Below the pieces are notes generated by a model, which worked only from the letters and a program-made list of their open reading frames with translations, was not told the DNA's origin and did no database searches. The translations under genes were made by a program, and so were the position numbers. From the human T2T-CHM13v2.0 reference genome, Homo sapiens, in assembly GCF_009914755.1 (NCBI RefSeq), contig NC_060932.1: a stretch of DNA of 64,000 bases. One strand, written 5' to 3'. This document shows, in pieces, positions 1 through 12,710 of the stretch. Position 1 is the stretch's first letter. Every line of letters begins with the position of its first letter.

Positions 1-230
1 CCTGGGCAACGTGGGTCACAATGCCCTTCTGTCACCAGAAAGTTTTCTCCTGGGGTTTTGGTTTAACAGCACGGCTGGTATTTTTTCTGCACCAAGTCCG
101 GCAGAGTTAGCAAACCTCCATGCTGACTCTACAAGGTAATTTGCCCTGCCGTGTGGACAAACGCTGCAGATCTCATGGAGAGGGCTTGGGCTCTGCCATG
201 TGCCATCTGTGTGCACCAGGGCAGCCGTTC
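1..230 (-). other. BLK: BLK 5' non-coding exon 1 / proximal promoter region (partial; gene continues left of the window)
   Basis: Positional inference: BLK is known to be transcribed divergently from FAM167A about 27 kb upstream of its TSS, which falls at the left edge here. No BLK coding sequence is present; boundaries approximate. Confidence 0.55.
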
Positions 231-589
231 TTTCAGCCTCACTGGTTTTGCTTTGTCTTTAAATGATGCTAATAATAGCTAGCTCACAGGATACTATCAG
301 CATTAAATGGTAGAATGGGTATGAATGGTGGGCATAGAATTGGTGTTTGGTAAAAGCTAATTTCCCATGTGTTTTACAGTACCCTAGCCAGTAGTTAGTT
401 GACTTGGATCTCAGAGCCTCTTCAATGGTGGAAATTTGCTTGGCTATGAAAACTCAGAGGAGTAGAGAACAAGAATAATGGAGGTAACGGGAGAAGGATC
501 CCAACATCTAGAGCGGTGAGTGGTGTCTGGAGTGGTGGGTGGCATCCTGTACACAGCAGTCAAAGGACCAATGGGACCAAGAAGGCTTC

Positions 590-950
590 TGTGATGACGT
601 CAGAGTCTTGCTGGTCCAGCCAGACACAGTGAGCCACTGGTCAGCTGGTTCCTTTCCACTAGTGTCTTGATATTGGCTTATAAGAGGAAGTCACTCGGTG
701 GGCTCTCTCTTCTCCCTTCATAGTCTTGGATCCTTGAGAGTGGGTGTGGGAGGCAGACAGGGTAGCTTCTACCCCATGGTCCAGAATGTCAGCTTTCTCA
801 AGGAGTTCATTTCCTTGGATTGGACTGAGACAATGCTGAGCTATGAGTTGCAGGTTTGACAGGTGTTCATGTCAATAGACGCAGCAACGCAGAGTTCTGG
901 GGTTTTAAGACACTATGGAAATAATCTGTTTCACTTCCCCAAGGGGTTTT
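590..950 (-). promoter_or_regulatory. B-lineage motif cluster upstream of BLK
   Basis: Full CRE TGACGTCA 595-602; PU.1 site AGAGGAAGT 683-691; PU.1/IRF composite GGAAGTGAAAC on - strand 928-938, next to an EBF-like CCCCAAGGG. Confidence 0.55.
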
Positions 951-1903
951 GTGAGAATAAATGGATTCATGCATAAAAAGTATCTATTACAGTATTTAGC
1001 ACATAATAAACTCCAAATACCTGGAAGCTGATGTGAATGTGGCTAATTGCTTTAAGTCCCAAAGCTGATCTTCTCCACGTGGTAGCAGAGGGCTCACAAC
1101 AATGTCCAGAACCCTGGGCCTGCTCAGTCCATGGCAGCTCCTGTTAATTTACTCTTACATTCACTTCCTGATACCTACTACATGGATCCAAACATGAAAC
1201 ATGAGTTCCAAACTCTGCGAGCTTCTGATTTAAAAAGTGACTGATTTGAGATGAGGTAACTTAGTCTTCCTATTTCAATTCAATTAATGCAGCACTGTTT
1301 TTCTGAACACCTGCTCTGTGCTAAGCACCTGCTGGAGGCTGGGGATACCAACGCAGCTACACTCCATCCTCCTCTGAGAGTCTCAGCCTAAGGAGCTTGG
1401 AGAAGGGGCCTGATAAGCAGATCACTGCAGTGGAGCGTAGTAGATGTAGCCACAGAGGCCTCAACGGGGCACAGTGCTAGACCAGAGGCGGAGGCAATAA
1501 TTCTATCAGGGGTCACTGGGGGAAGCTGCCAAGGAGAAGGCTTTGAACATGATTCGTGACTAAGACTCCTACAGACTCTCAGAGACAGATCCCTAGGCTG
1601 AGTCTTTTACTGAACCAGGATGTTGTGACGCTGCCTGAACCGCCTCTAACATTTTTTCAATAGGGCCTAAATAGCTGACGTTTGGACAACTTTTATATAC
1701 TTGGACTTGAGGGTATAGAGAATGTAGTGGAGAGCAGGAAACCCAGCATCCTACAAAGAAAATACATGGTCTGTCTACCCAAGGTTAGAGTGGGAGGGGA
1801 TGTGAGAGTTTGCAGGGAGGTGTGCTGGCCCTTATGTGATCTGTGATAAGACATCACCTTTATGCCCACCCCAACAGACAGAGGTTGGAAAATAACAATA
1901 CCA

Positions 1904-1904
<1 letters not shown>

Positions 1905-1940
<36 letters not shown>
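1905..1940. repeat. (AC)18 microsatellite
   Basis: Perfect AC dinucleotide run. Confidence 0.97.
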
Positions 1941-1942
<2 letters not shown>

Positions 1943-2707
1943 TTCCAGCAGCCACTCAGAAAGAAAACAAGGAAATGACTTTGCTCATGGGTTCCAGATG
2001 TCTGAGCAGAAGTGAAAGTTAATTTCAGCCATTTTCACCCTCACAGTCACGGGCCCATGAGAAAGGCGGAAGAGAGGTGGGGAAAGGACCCCGGGGAGAA
2101 GATGGGAACAGTGACACTTGTTAGGGGAGGCTGGGGAGCCTTTTGTTAGAAAACCTCAAAGCGGTTTTCTCAAGGCGGGACTGAGACTAGACCCTAGCTC
2201 TGAAACGCCCAGTTCAGCGTTCAGCATCACTGGTTCTGCCATTTATTTTTGTACATTTGAGGTGACTTATGCAAAATTCAGCTCTCCTTCCATGTGCCTT
2301 CACCAGCCTCCTAATATCAGTACATCTCTGATCAAAATCAAAAGCTGTAGGCAATAAAGTAAGTGGAAGAAACATAAAACCAATCCAGTCCAAGATTCAC
2401 CTCAGAAGGGTCTAAGAAGTTGGCCAATTTCTTTTTGAAGAAAACAAGTATAAAACTAGACAAAATTGTCAAAAACAAAAATTTCTGGGTACTAGAAAAT
2501 GTTTGTTTCTGGGTACTAGAAAAACCAAAAGCAGACAATGATCTGATAAGTGTTTAATCTTAAAAATGGCCTGCGTCAGAATGGCCATGAGTCTACGGAC
2601 ATCTTGCCTGAAGCTCCCCAGCCCCTGGCCTGAGTGAGGAAAAGCACAGGTTACCTAATGGGAATGGTGGACTTGGTTTGAGGGCTGTCACTGAAAACCA
2701 GTAGCTA

Positions 2708-3035
<328 letters not shown>

Positions 3036-3339
3036 CTATACCAGCAGAAGTTGGTAGATTTGGTCTGGGATGGGGGAGATGAGAATCTGCAGTTTTATGG
3101 GTTAAAGTTCATGGAATCAGTTCTAGGGAGAAAATAAAAATCTGCAGCTTTACTGGCTTGAGATTATAGCTTCTTTTCATGGTAGACAGGAGATCAGCCA
3201 GAATTGTGATGAGAACTTGGAAGTAAGCAAGCCATGAGAGGGCTGGGACAATAAACTCCCTGCACATCTCTGACTAGGGAAGAAACCCAAAAAGGCAGCA
3301 AAAAGTGAGAGCCAAGGGAGACCTGACGATGTGCAAAAA

Positions 3340-3760
3340 TTTTTTTGTTTAGTTTAAAATTTATTTGTTTTTATGTATTTAAGGGGTACAAGTGCATGTT
3401 TCTTACAATGCATATATTGCATAGTGGCGAAGTCTGGGTTTTTAGTGTGCCCATCACCTAAATGGTAAACATTGTACCCAATAGGTAGTTTTTTTTTTCC
3501 TTCTTTGAGACAGGGTCTCACTCTGTCCCCCAAGCTGGAGTGCCATAATGTAGTCACAGCTCATTACAGCCTTGACTTCCTGGGCTCAAGTGATCCTCTC
3601 ATCTCAGCCTCCAAGTAGCTGGGACCACAGGCACATGCCACCACACCCAGCTAGTGTTTTGTATTTTTTTGTAGAGACAGGGTTTTGCCACAAAAAGTAC
3701 CTATCGGAACAAATAGGTACTTTTTCAACCCTCACCCCTGTCTCACCCTCCCACCTTCCG
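3340..3760 (-). mobile_element. L1MA-type 3' end interrupted by a truncated AluJ-like element (~3489-3691)
   Basis: Antisense L1 3'UTR (ggggtacaagtgcatgtttcttacaatgcatatattgcatagtgg) followed by an antisense Alu right-arm sequence; AATAGGTA flanks both sides of the Alu. Confidence 0.75.
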
Positions 3761-3859
3761 TGAGGACTTGTACATGTGAATGTGTTTCTTCGGCCACACA
3801 CAGCTCTGGCAGCAGAAGATGGGAGGCTTAGTTGTTCAAGGTACCTGAGCATAACTTCT

Positions 3860-6800
3860 GTCTAAATAATTGTCTCATCATCATATAATACAAGAATAGA
3901 GGACACCTTTAGGGAGCCAGACTGAAAAACAAAGAAAAATATTATAATAAAAACTGCACTGTAGTATCAGTGGCTGCACACCATGGAGGAGATTAATTCT
4001 GCAATTTAAGTCCAGAAAAGTTACTAAAACAGAAAACCAACAACTTTTAGGAAAGTGAATGGAATCTAGAATCACTGCAATGTCTAGTTTTCAACCAGGA
4101 ATTACTAGACATACAATGAAACAGGAAAGTGTGACCAGAAAAACCAACACAGACAGTAGATTAAGACACAACTTCAAAGAAGTTGTTATAGCTATGCTCA
4201 AGGAATTAAGGAAAAATGTTCAAAGAATTAAAGAAAATTTTGTTAACAGTGAACCAATAGATACTTTGGATAGATAGATGAAAATTATAAAAAAGGAATC
4301 ACATGGGATTTCTACAGCTGAAAATTACAAAAATTCACTACATGGGTTCAAGAGCGGATCTGAGACGGCAGAAGAAAGAAGCTGTACATTTGAAGATAGA
4401 GCAGAAGTTATGCAATCCAAAGAACAGAGAACGACAAGTTAAGTAAACAGAGCCTTAGAGACCTGCCAGACAATATAAAGTGTTCAAACACAAATGTAAT
4501 AGGAGTCCCAAAAGGAGAGGAAAGAGAAAGAGGCACAGAACAATTATTTTTTTAAAAAGTTGAAAAGTCTCCATGTGAGTAAATACCATTAACTTACAGA
4601 GTCAAGAAACTGAATAAACCCAAGGTAAAAAACAAAAACAAAAACAAAACAAAAAAAAACTTAAAGAGAATCACACCTAGATGTCATAGTCAAAATGCCA
4701 AAAGCCAAATAAAGGAGATAACATTGCAAGCACTAAGAGAAAGAGAGAGAAACAGAGATACATCACATTAAAGACAACATGATTGGTGGTTGACTTCTCA
4801 TCAGAAATAACGGTGACTGGAAGGTGGTGGAATGACATGTTTAAAGTGCTGAAAGAACAACAAAAACAAGAACAAGAACTTTCACCTACAAATTTACTAT
4901 CTGATAAAACTACCCTTCAAAAATTGAGGTGAAATAAATATTTTTCCAGATAAACAAAACAGGGAATTTAGTTCTGTTGGACTTACACTACAAGAAAAGT
5001 TAAAGGCAGTCCTTTAAAATGAAAGAAATTAATATCAGATAGTAAACCAGTTCACAGAAAGAAAAGAAGAGCACTGGGAATGGTAAGCATGTAGGTAAAG
5101 TGAAAATATATAATATAATAAAAATATAAAAGGTATATGTATACATTACTTTTTCTTGTCTTATTTTAAAACACACACACAATTATTTAAATCAGAAATT
5201 ATAATGCCATACTGTGGTTTTATAACTGTGGGTTTATAACACAGTATGGCATATGTACAAATAGAATATACATGACAATAACAGCACAGAGGAGGGAGGG
5301 TAAGAAATGAAGCTATAATTGTGCAGTTTTTATTTTTCACCAAAAAAAGTAAATCGGTATGAATTTAAAGTAGATTATGATAAATTGAAGATGCATATTG
5401 TAATCCCTGCAGCAACTACTAAGGAAAAAAGATTTAAAGAAACAGAGTTAAAAAAATAAACAGAAGAATTTAAATGGTGTACTAAAAATATTTTAATATA
5501 AAAGTAGTTGGCCAAGCATGGTGGCTTACGCATGTAATCCCAGCACTTTGGGAGGCTAATGTAGGAGGATTGCTTGAGCCAGGAGTGCAAGACCAGCCTG
5601 GGCAACACGGCAAAACCCTGTCTCTACAAAAAATACAAAAATTAATCGGGAGTAGCTGCGGTCCTAGCTACTCAGGTGTCTGAGATGGAAAGATCATTCG
5701 AGCCTGGGAGGTAGAGGTTGCAGTGAGCCATGATTGTGCCACTGCACTCCAGCCTGAGTGACAGAGTGAGACCCTGTCTCAAAGATAAATTAAAAATAAA
5801 ATAATAAAACTAGTCAAAGAATAATAGAGGAACAAAAAAGACATGACAAGTAGAAAAAATAACAAAATTCTAAATCTAAATCCAAACATAAAAAATTTTA
5901 TTAAATTTAAAAGAATTAAACACTCCAATCAAAATGCAAAGACTGTTAGACTGAAAAGAAAGCAAGACCCAATTCTATGCTGGCTACAAAAAATAAACTT
6001 TAAATTCAAAGACAAACAGATTAAAAGTAAAAGGATCCAAAAAAACTACATACCATGTGAACAATAAATACATTACAACCGGGGTGCCTATATTAATATC
6101 AGGCAAAATAGAATTTAAGATAACACATATTACTGGGAAAAAAGGGTGACTTCATAATAAGAAAAGAGCAAGCAATAGCCAGAGCTGTCAAAATTATGTT
6201 CATGTACCTTTTTAAAAAGTCCTAAAACACGTGAGGCAAAATCTGACTGAACTAAAAAGTTCAATACACAATATACCAATGATAGTTGAAGATTTTGAGA
6301 ATTTTCTTCCAGTAATTGATAGAACAAGTGGAGAGAAAGTCAGAAAGGATAAAAAAGATCTGAACAACATTATCAAACAACTTGATTAAACTGACATATA
6401 TTAGCAATCCACCCAGAATATCCATTATTTTCAAGCTTACATAAAACATCACCAGGATAGACCCTATGTAAGCCATAGGGTCTTAAAGAAAGTCTCAATG
6501 ACTATAAAAGGAGTAAAATTAAACAAAGTATCTTCTCCAACCATAATGGAATTAAATTAGAAATCAATAACAGAAATAATTTTGTTAAATTTATTTGGTG
6601 TAAATTTGTTTGGTGTAAATTAAATGACACACTTCTAAATAACCCCAAAGAAGAAATTAAATGAAAAATTAAGAAACACATTGACCTGAGTCAAAATGAA
6701 AGTATAGCACATAAAATTTTATGGCAGCAGCTAAAAAATTAGAGGGAAATTTATAGCTATAAATATTAATACTAGAAAAAATACAAGGTTGGTCTACAAT

Positions 6801-6960
6801 CACTGAAAAAGAAGAACAAGTGAAACACAATGTAAGTAAAAGGAAATTAATGAATTAGAGCAGAAATCAATGAAATAGAAGACAAATAAAAAAAGAGATA
6901 ATCAGTGAAACCAAATATGGGCTTGATAAAACTAGCTATCAACAAAGAAAAGAGAAGATT
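3860..6960 (+). mobile_element. Old L1M remnant (ORF1 through ORF2 endonuclease region), degenerate
   Basis: A-rich + strand; translation at 5843-6067 (…KKQDPILCWLQKINF-like) resembles the L1 ORF2 endonuclease N-terminus (KSQDPSVCCIQETHL); many stops and frameshifts. Confidence 0.85.
5510..5808 (+). mobile_element. AluJ element inserted in the L1
   Basis: Alu dimer with J-type diagnostics (gaggattgcttgagcc, ccatgattgtgccactg) and A tail. Confidence 0.9.
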
Positions 6961-7029
6961 CTATTTTCATCACAGAATCTCCAGAAATTTCAGGAATTAG
7001 AAGTGAGGGTAAGTTTTCACTTCTCTCTC

Positions 7030-8310
7030 TCGTCTTCTGGAACTTACAGAATGTGTATTTGTTTCACTTGATGCTATACCATAAATCTCATAGGATTTCT
7101 TTATTTTTTTAAATTCTTTTTCATGCCTCTGACTGTAATTTCAAATTACTCGTCTTCGAGTTAACTGATTCTTCTGTGCAAGTCTGCTGTTGAAGCTCTC
7201 TACTGCATTTTTCATTTCATTGATGGTATCCTGCAACTCCAGAATTTCTGCTTGGTTCTTTTTTTTTTTTTTTTTTTTAATTATTTCTATCTCCTGAACA
7301 TCTCCTTTTGTTCATGTACTCTTTTCCTGAGTTCAGGAACTCTGTTTTCTTGTAACTCACTGAGCTTCTTTAAAATGATATTTTGAATTCTTTGTCAGGA
7401 AATTCATAGATCTCAATTTTGAGGGGGTTATTCACTAGATATTTATTGTGTTAATTTGTTGCTGTCATGTTTCCTTGATTTTTTGGTGCACCTTTTACCC
7501 TTGCCTTGTGCCTTCACATAAAGGAGTAGCCACCTCTTCCAGACTTTACAAACCAGCTTTGGTAGGAAAAGGCCTTTACCTATGGGTGGGCACAAGGGCA
7601 CTGGCTGGAAAGGGCGTGAGCAGTGCTGGGTTTGGCACAAGGTCCAGGGATGCTGATTCTAAGGCATGCAGAGGTGCCATTTCTGGGTGCACATGGTGAT
7701 GCTAGGTCTGGCCAGTGGGCACATGGCCACCATTAGTGATGGGTCTGATTGGTGGGTACATATACAATGCGATGGGGTGCAAGAATGCACATGGTGGTGA
7801 CTCCAGCCCTGGGGGAGGCATAGTGGTGACTCAGGTCCCAGGAAAGGAGCAGTGATGGCTCTGGCTCTGGAGGGCACAGTGCTATGGACTTTGGGCAGCT
7901 CTGTCAGCTAGGATGAGCATTGGCGAAGACTCTGTGGTATTCAGTGGCAAAGGCTGCAGGTGCCTGTTGCAGCAAGCAACAGCAGTAAGGGCTGTTAGTG
8001 TCCTCAGTTGTAAAGGTTTCCAGGGTCCTGCTATCCTTTTTTCCCATTGGAAGAAGTTGTGACCAAGGGTGTACCTCTTGGCATCCGAGCTGTGCCAGCT
8101 TGGGATTGGGGTGATGCAAATGAAATGCTTCCAGCAGTTTTCTCCGTGGCTGTCCTCTGTTATTGCAATCCACTGGGGTGTTGCAGCTTTCTAATTATAC
8201 TTTGGAGTTCTCTCAGAGCCATTTTCATACATGGGTAGTTGTTAAATCACAGTTGTTATGGGTGAACAGGGGTGGGACTGCCTAGTCTGCCTTTTTGCTG
8301 ATACCACTTC
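7030..8310 (-). mobile_element. L1 5'/ORF1 remnant (L1PB/L1MA-like), antisense
   Basis: T-rich antisense ORF1-like sequence (ttcaaattactcgtcttcgagttaactgattcttc…) followed by a GC-richer 5'UTR-like segment. Confidence 0.7.
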
Positions 8311-8519
8311 ATCTCTATTTCATTTTCCAAAGTTGGTTTTGACCAACTAAGTTGATTTTCACTACCACTCAGCCATCAAGCCTCACAGGGCAAAAAAACA
8401 AAAATAAACCCCCCAAAACCACTGGTGTGGAGTGTTCAGAAGGAACATTTTTCAGCCTTGGAAGCAACTGAGTCCAACAGGATGAGCACTTTACCATCAC
8501 GCATCTCAAAGTTGAAATT

Positions 8520-8990
8520 TTAGTTTCATAAACTTACCAGCTGTGAGATTCCAGCTGTGTCAATTCACCACTGAGCCTCAGTTTTCTCAAAAACTGAGAT
8601 TACAAGAGTTCCTAGAGTTCTTCTGAGAGCAGGCTGTAAAGTGGCTGGCCCTCAAAAGGCAGTCAGAAAATGTTCATTGCCTTTTCTTTTAAATTAAAGG
8701 CAAGATGCATGAATAGTGTGGGTCTTTACATGTGTGTCCTCATGTGTCTCTGAAAAAGCTTAATGGTTAACACCTTGGATTCTAGAGCAAGACTCCCTGG
8801 ACTCGAACGCTGCCACAGACATTCAACAGCTCCAAGAATTGGAAAAGTTGCCCAACCTAGCCGTGGTTAGTTTCCTAGCCTTAAAATGGGGATAGTAGTA
8901 ATACCTATCTCTTTGTGAGGATTCTACAAGCTGAAGTATACAAAGCATTTAGAATTGTTTCTGACATACAAGACATTTACCGTCGTCACT
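8520..8990 (+). mobile_element. MIR fragments
   Basis: MIR core motifs (ctgagcctcagttttctc; taaaatggggatagtagtaatacct; aaagcatttagaa). Confidence 0.65.
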
Positions 8991-9095
8991 GTAGCCATGG
9001 TGACTGAACACATGAAATGAATGACAGTCAGGAGGGAAACAAGGCTCCTTTATTCTGAACTGAGGTAAAGGAGGGACTCAGAGGGACTCAGTGAT

Positions 9096-9471
9096 TTCCC
9101 TTCCCTTCCCTTCCCTTGTCTTCCTCCCTCTCCCTCTGTCTTTCTTTCTCCCTTCCTTCCCTCCCTCCCTCTCCCTCCCTCCTTCCCTCCCTCCTTCCCT
9201 CCCTCCCTCCCTCCCTCCCTTCCTTCCTTCCTTCTTTCCTTCCTTCCTTCCTTCCTTCCTTCCTTCTTTCTTTCTTTCGTTCTCACTCTGTTGCCCAGCC
9301 TGGAGTGCAGTGGTATGATCATAGCTCATCACGGCCTCGACCTCCCAGGCTCAAGTGACCCTGTCACCTTACCCTCACAAGTAGCTGGGGCTACAGTTGC
9401 ATGTCACTTTGCCTGGCTTCTTTTTAAAAACTTTTCATAGAGACAGGGTCTCGTCATGTTGCCCAGGCTGG
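9096..9471 (-). mobile_element. Truncated AluJ whose tail is expanded into a (CCTT/CCCT)n tract (9096-9280)
   Basis: About 185 bp of pyrimidine tetramer repeat runs directly into antisense Alu sequence (ctcactctgttgcccag). Confidence 0.9.
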
Positions 9472-9541
9472 AAACTCAGTTATTTCTAAAGTCCTCCTAA
9501 AGTCTGTATTCTGCACATCTCGAAATTCTGTGGATAGAGTT

Positions 9542-9941
9542 TGTTATGAAGGGCATTGTGTTTCCCTAAAATTCATATGTTGGAGCTCTGACCCTAGCAC
9601 CTCAGAATGACTATACTTCGGGATAGAGCCCTAAAGGGGTGATTACATTAAAATGAGTTATTTCAGGAGGGCCTGTGTCCAACCTGACTGGTGTCCTTAT
9701 AAGATGAGGAAGCATATAGAGACACCAGGGATGTGTATGAACAGAGGAGAGACAGTGTGAGAACACGGGGGGAAAGACAGCTGTCTGCAAGTCAAGGAGA
9801 GAGGACTCAGAAGAAACCAAACCAGCAGGCACTTTGATCTTGGACTTCCAGCCTCCAGAACTGTAAGACAATAACCTTCTATTGTTTAAGCCACCCAGTC
9901 TTGTGGCATTTTGTTATGGCAGCCTGAGCAGACTGGTATAG
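9542..9941 (+). mobile_element. MLT1 (MaLR) solo LTR
   Basis: Typical MLT1B/C motifs: aaaattcatatgttg, ttggacttccagcctccagaactgtaagacaataa, ttgttatggcagcc. Confidence 0.88.
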
Positions 9942-10856
9942 AGTTCCATGGACAGCCATAGGCTGAGTACTTTAAGCCGACTGCCTACTCTCTGAGACAG
10001 TAGACAAAATAGTTTGGGGGCAATCTGTAGAAGACTGTGGATGCTGTTGTTTTTAGTTTTGCCTCAGTGTTTTGTTTGGTTGGTGTTTTTGTCCACCTTT
10101 CAAAATTCCCCGTCCCCCTTCCTCCGGTAAGAACAGTGCTCCCTGGTCACAGGGGACAGTAATGACCTGGCGCCTGCTAATTATAATGCCCCACTTCTCT
10201 GATGACAGGCATTGCTCCATGGAGTGGTTTTGTGGCCCCAGCATGGCCCCCTACAGCCGTGTGGGGGATTCCCATGCAGAGAATACTCATAACAGCCAAC
10301 ACTGATTGCACTCTTACTATGACCACCTGCTGTTTTAATTTCTTTTCAGGTATTATCTCCTCTAGTTCTCAGACAACTCAGTGAGATACTGCAGTTTCTT
10401 TTACTGTTCTCTGAGACGTTAAGTGACTTGTCCAAAATCACAAGGTTAGTAAAAGGCTGAGCCAGGGCGGCAAGCCAGAGAGCCCCACCTCACGGCCCAA
10501 GCCCTCCGTGGAGGTCAGTAAGCTCTGGCTGCTGGTGGGTGTTTTCCCGACGACACGGAGACGTCCTGTGTGTAGTCATGGACAGACGCTCAGTGGTTCA
10601 GGGTGACAGCACTGGGAGAACAAGGCAGCAGATCCATCCTATTTGATCGCACCCTCCACAGAGTGATGCTGATGTCCTTTACTCTGCTTTCTAGTGGAAG
10701 CCACGGGCCTCATTTGGCAGCACTGAGATGGGGCTGGGCTATGAGGACCCATCAAAGTCCCTGAAGATGAGCCTGTGTCCTCCCAGGGCCTTGGACAGGT
10801 CGTAGCTCACCTACTCAACTGCAGAGATCCCAGGCCCTGTCCTGAGATAAAGATCC

Positions 10857-11230
10857 TGATAGGATTCAGTTCTGTGTCACCACCCAAATCTCACGTCTAA
10901 TTGTCATCCCCAGTGTTGGAGGTGGGGCCTGGTGGGAGGTGATTGGATCCTGGGGGTGGATATCCCCTCATGATAGTAAGTGGGTTATCCTGAGATCTAG
11001 CTTAAAAGCACGTAGCACCTTCCCCGCTGTCTCTTCCTCCTGCTCCCCCCGCCATGTAAGACGTGCCTACTTCCCCTTTTGCCCTCCGCCATGATTGTAA
11101 GTTTTCTGAGGCTTCCCCAGCCAGGCTTCCTGTACAAACTGTGGAATCTTGTGCCAGTTAAACCTCTTTTCTTTATAAGTTACCTGGTCTCAGGTATTTC
11201 TTTATAGCAGCGCAAGAAAGGACTAATACA
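10857..11230 (+). mobile_element. MST (MaLR) solo LTR
   Basis: TGATA…ACTAATACA termini; cccaaatctca and gccatgattgtaagttt motifs; 5-bp TSD GATCC/GATGC. Confidence 0.9.
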
Positions 11231-12149
11231 GATGCCAACTCAGCCAACAACCTGGAGTGCTTCCCTACTGACCTCCTGCCCTGTCAATTTGCAGTTAGAG
11301 ACAGCAATCATCACCAGACAGAGTGACTGTGTGTGTGAACAATGAACTGATCTAATATTGAGCAAGGCGCAGGTGCTCACTAGGGTTCCTGATTATTTGG
11401 ACCCCATTGTCACTTGGGGACAATGGAGTTCGTCTCTGTGTATCTGCGGCTTGCTAAGATGCTTCTTTATACCAGAGCTCACCAACCATGGCTGTATCAC
11501 CAGAACCCAAACTTCTCATTTTCGAGCCCTGATATAAGTGTAAGAGCTGCCATGTGGAATCTCGGGGGCACCCATCCCAGGAGCTGGCACCCTCTGTTGT
11601 CTTCCAAAGCTCCCTCAGGGAAAGGAGCCCTCCCTGCTGGAGGTGCTGCCACACTGAGCTATTTGGAGGCCTCCAGAGGTTTCTGAACTACTCAAAGCTA
11701 GGCCCCACTCTAAAAATATCCCGGGAACTTTGTCAATAGTGCCTGTGGATTGGTACATTGTTCTCTTGCTCCTACATAACAGCACCCCCTCAAAGAAAAA
11801 AAAGAAAGACAGAAATGCCCTATCAGAAAATAAGATGCCCAGTGTGGCTGAGCCCTTGGAGAAAGTCCACTGGCTGCTTTCCTATTTGTCAGCTAACTGA
11901 AGCCGGCCTCTGGGCCCAGGACTTATGTGTGGATTTTGTGCAGAGAGCTGGCAATGGCCCCAGAGCCACCTGCAGGGGAAGTTAAGGGCCAGCACAGGCT
12001 CAGGCTCGAGGCGCTAGGGGCAGAGAGGAGTGTGAGTGTATTTGAAAGGGAATAGAGCAGGGAGGAGACAGTAAAGAGTTCTAGAGCCCTGCAGCCATGC
12101 CTCCGGTAGCCCCTCACCACCTGTGAGTCCCTGTGTTGGCTATAGCTCT

Positions 12150-12710
12150 GCACCACGCTCTCCAGTCATGTGCCTGCCTGTCTGCATCACATCTTCACTT
12201 GGTGTCACTTGGTGCCACTTGGGTGTCAACTTAGGGCTTCAGACCTAATATGTCCAAGACCAAGCTCTCGATTTTTCCTCTTAGACCTACTTCTTCCCCA
12301 GCTCAATGACTCAGCAGCATCATTGACTATGTTGCTCAACCCTGAAACCCTGGTGGTCATCATCCTGGTGACTATATTCTCCCAGTCTGCAAATCCTAAG
12401 GGCTCTACCTCCACGGTTATCTGCAGTCAACCCACTTTTCCCCATCTCCATTGCTATCAGCTGGGACGAGGCATCAGTTACCTGGACAATTGCCTTCTCT
12501 GATCACCTTTAACTCCCCTGCCCCCAGTACTCTCCCGTGAGCCACCCTATTTTGTTTTCTTAATGGTATTTATCAATACCTAAAGGTGCCTGTTGCATTG
12601 GTGGATTTGATTGCTACTGCCTTGCCGTTCTTTTCCGCCACTCTACCCCCAGCAACCTCGAACACTCCTTAGCTCATTAAAGGTGCTTGGTCGTAATTAC
12701 TCAGTGATTA
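12150..12710 (+). mobile_element. L2 fragments
   Basis: Degenerate L2 3' motifs (catcttcacttggtgtc…atgtccaagaccaagctc). Confidence 0.55.

Noticed and set aside
2482-2523. 18-bp direct repeat TTTCTGGGTACTAGAAAA
   Set aside because: Probably a small slippage duplication; no functional evidence.
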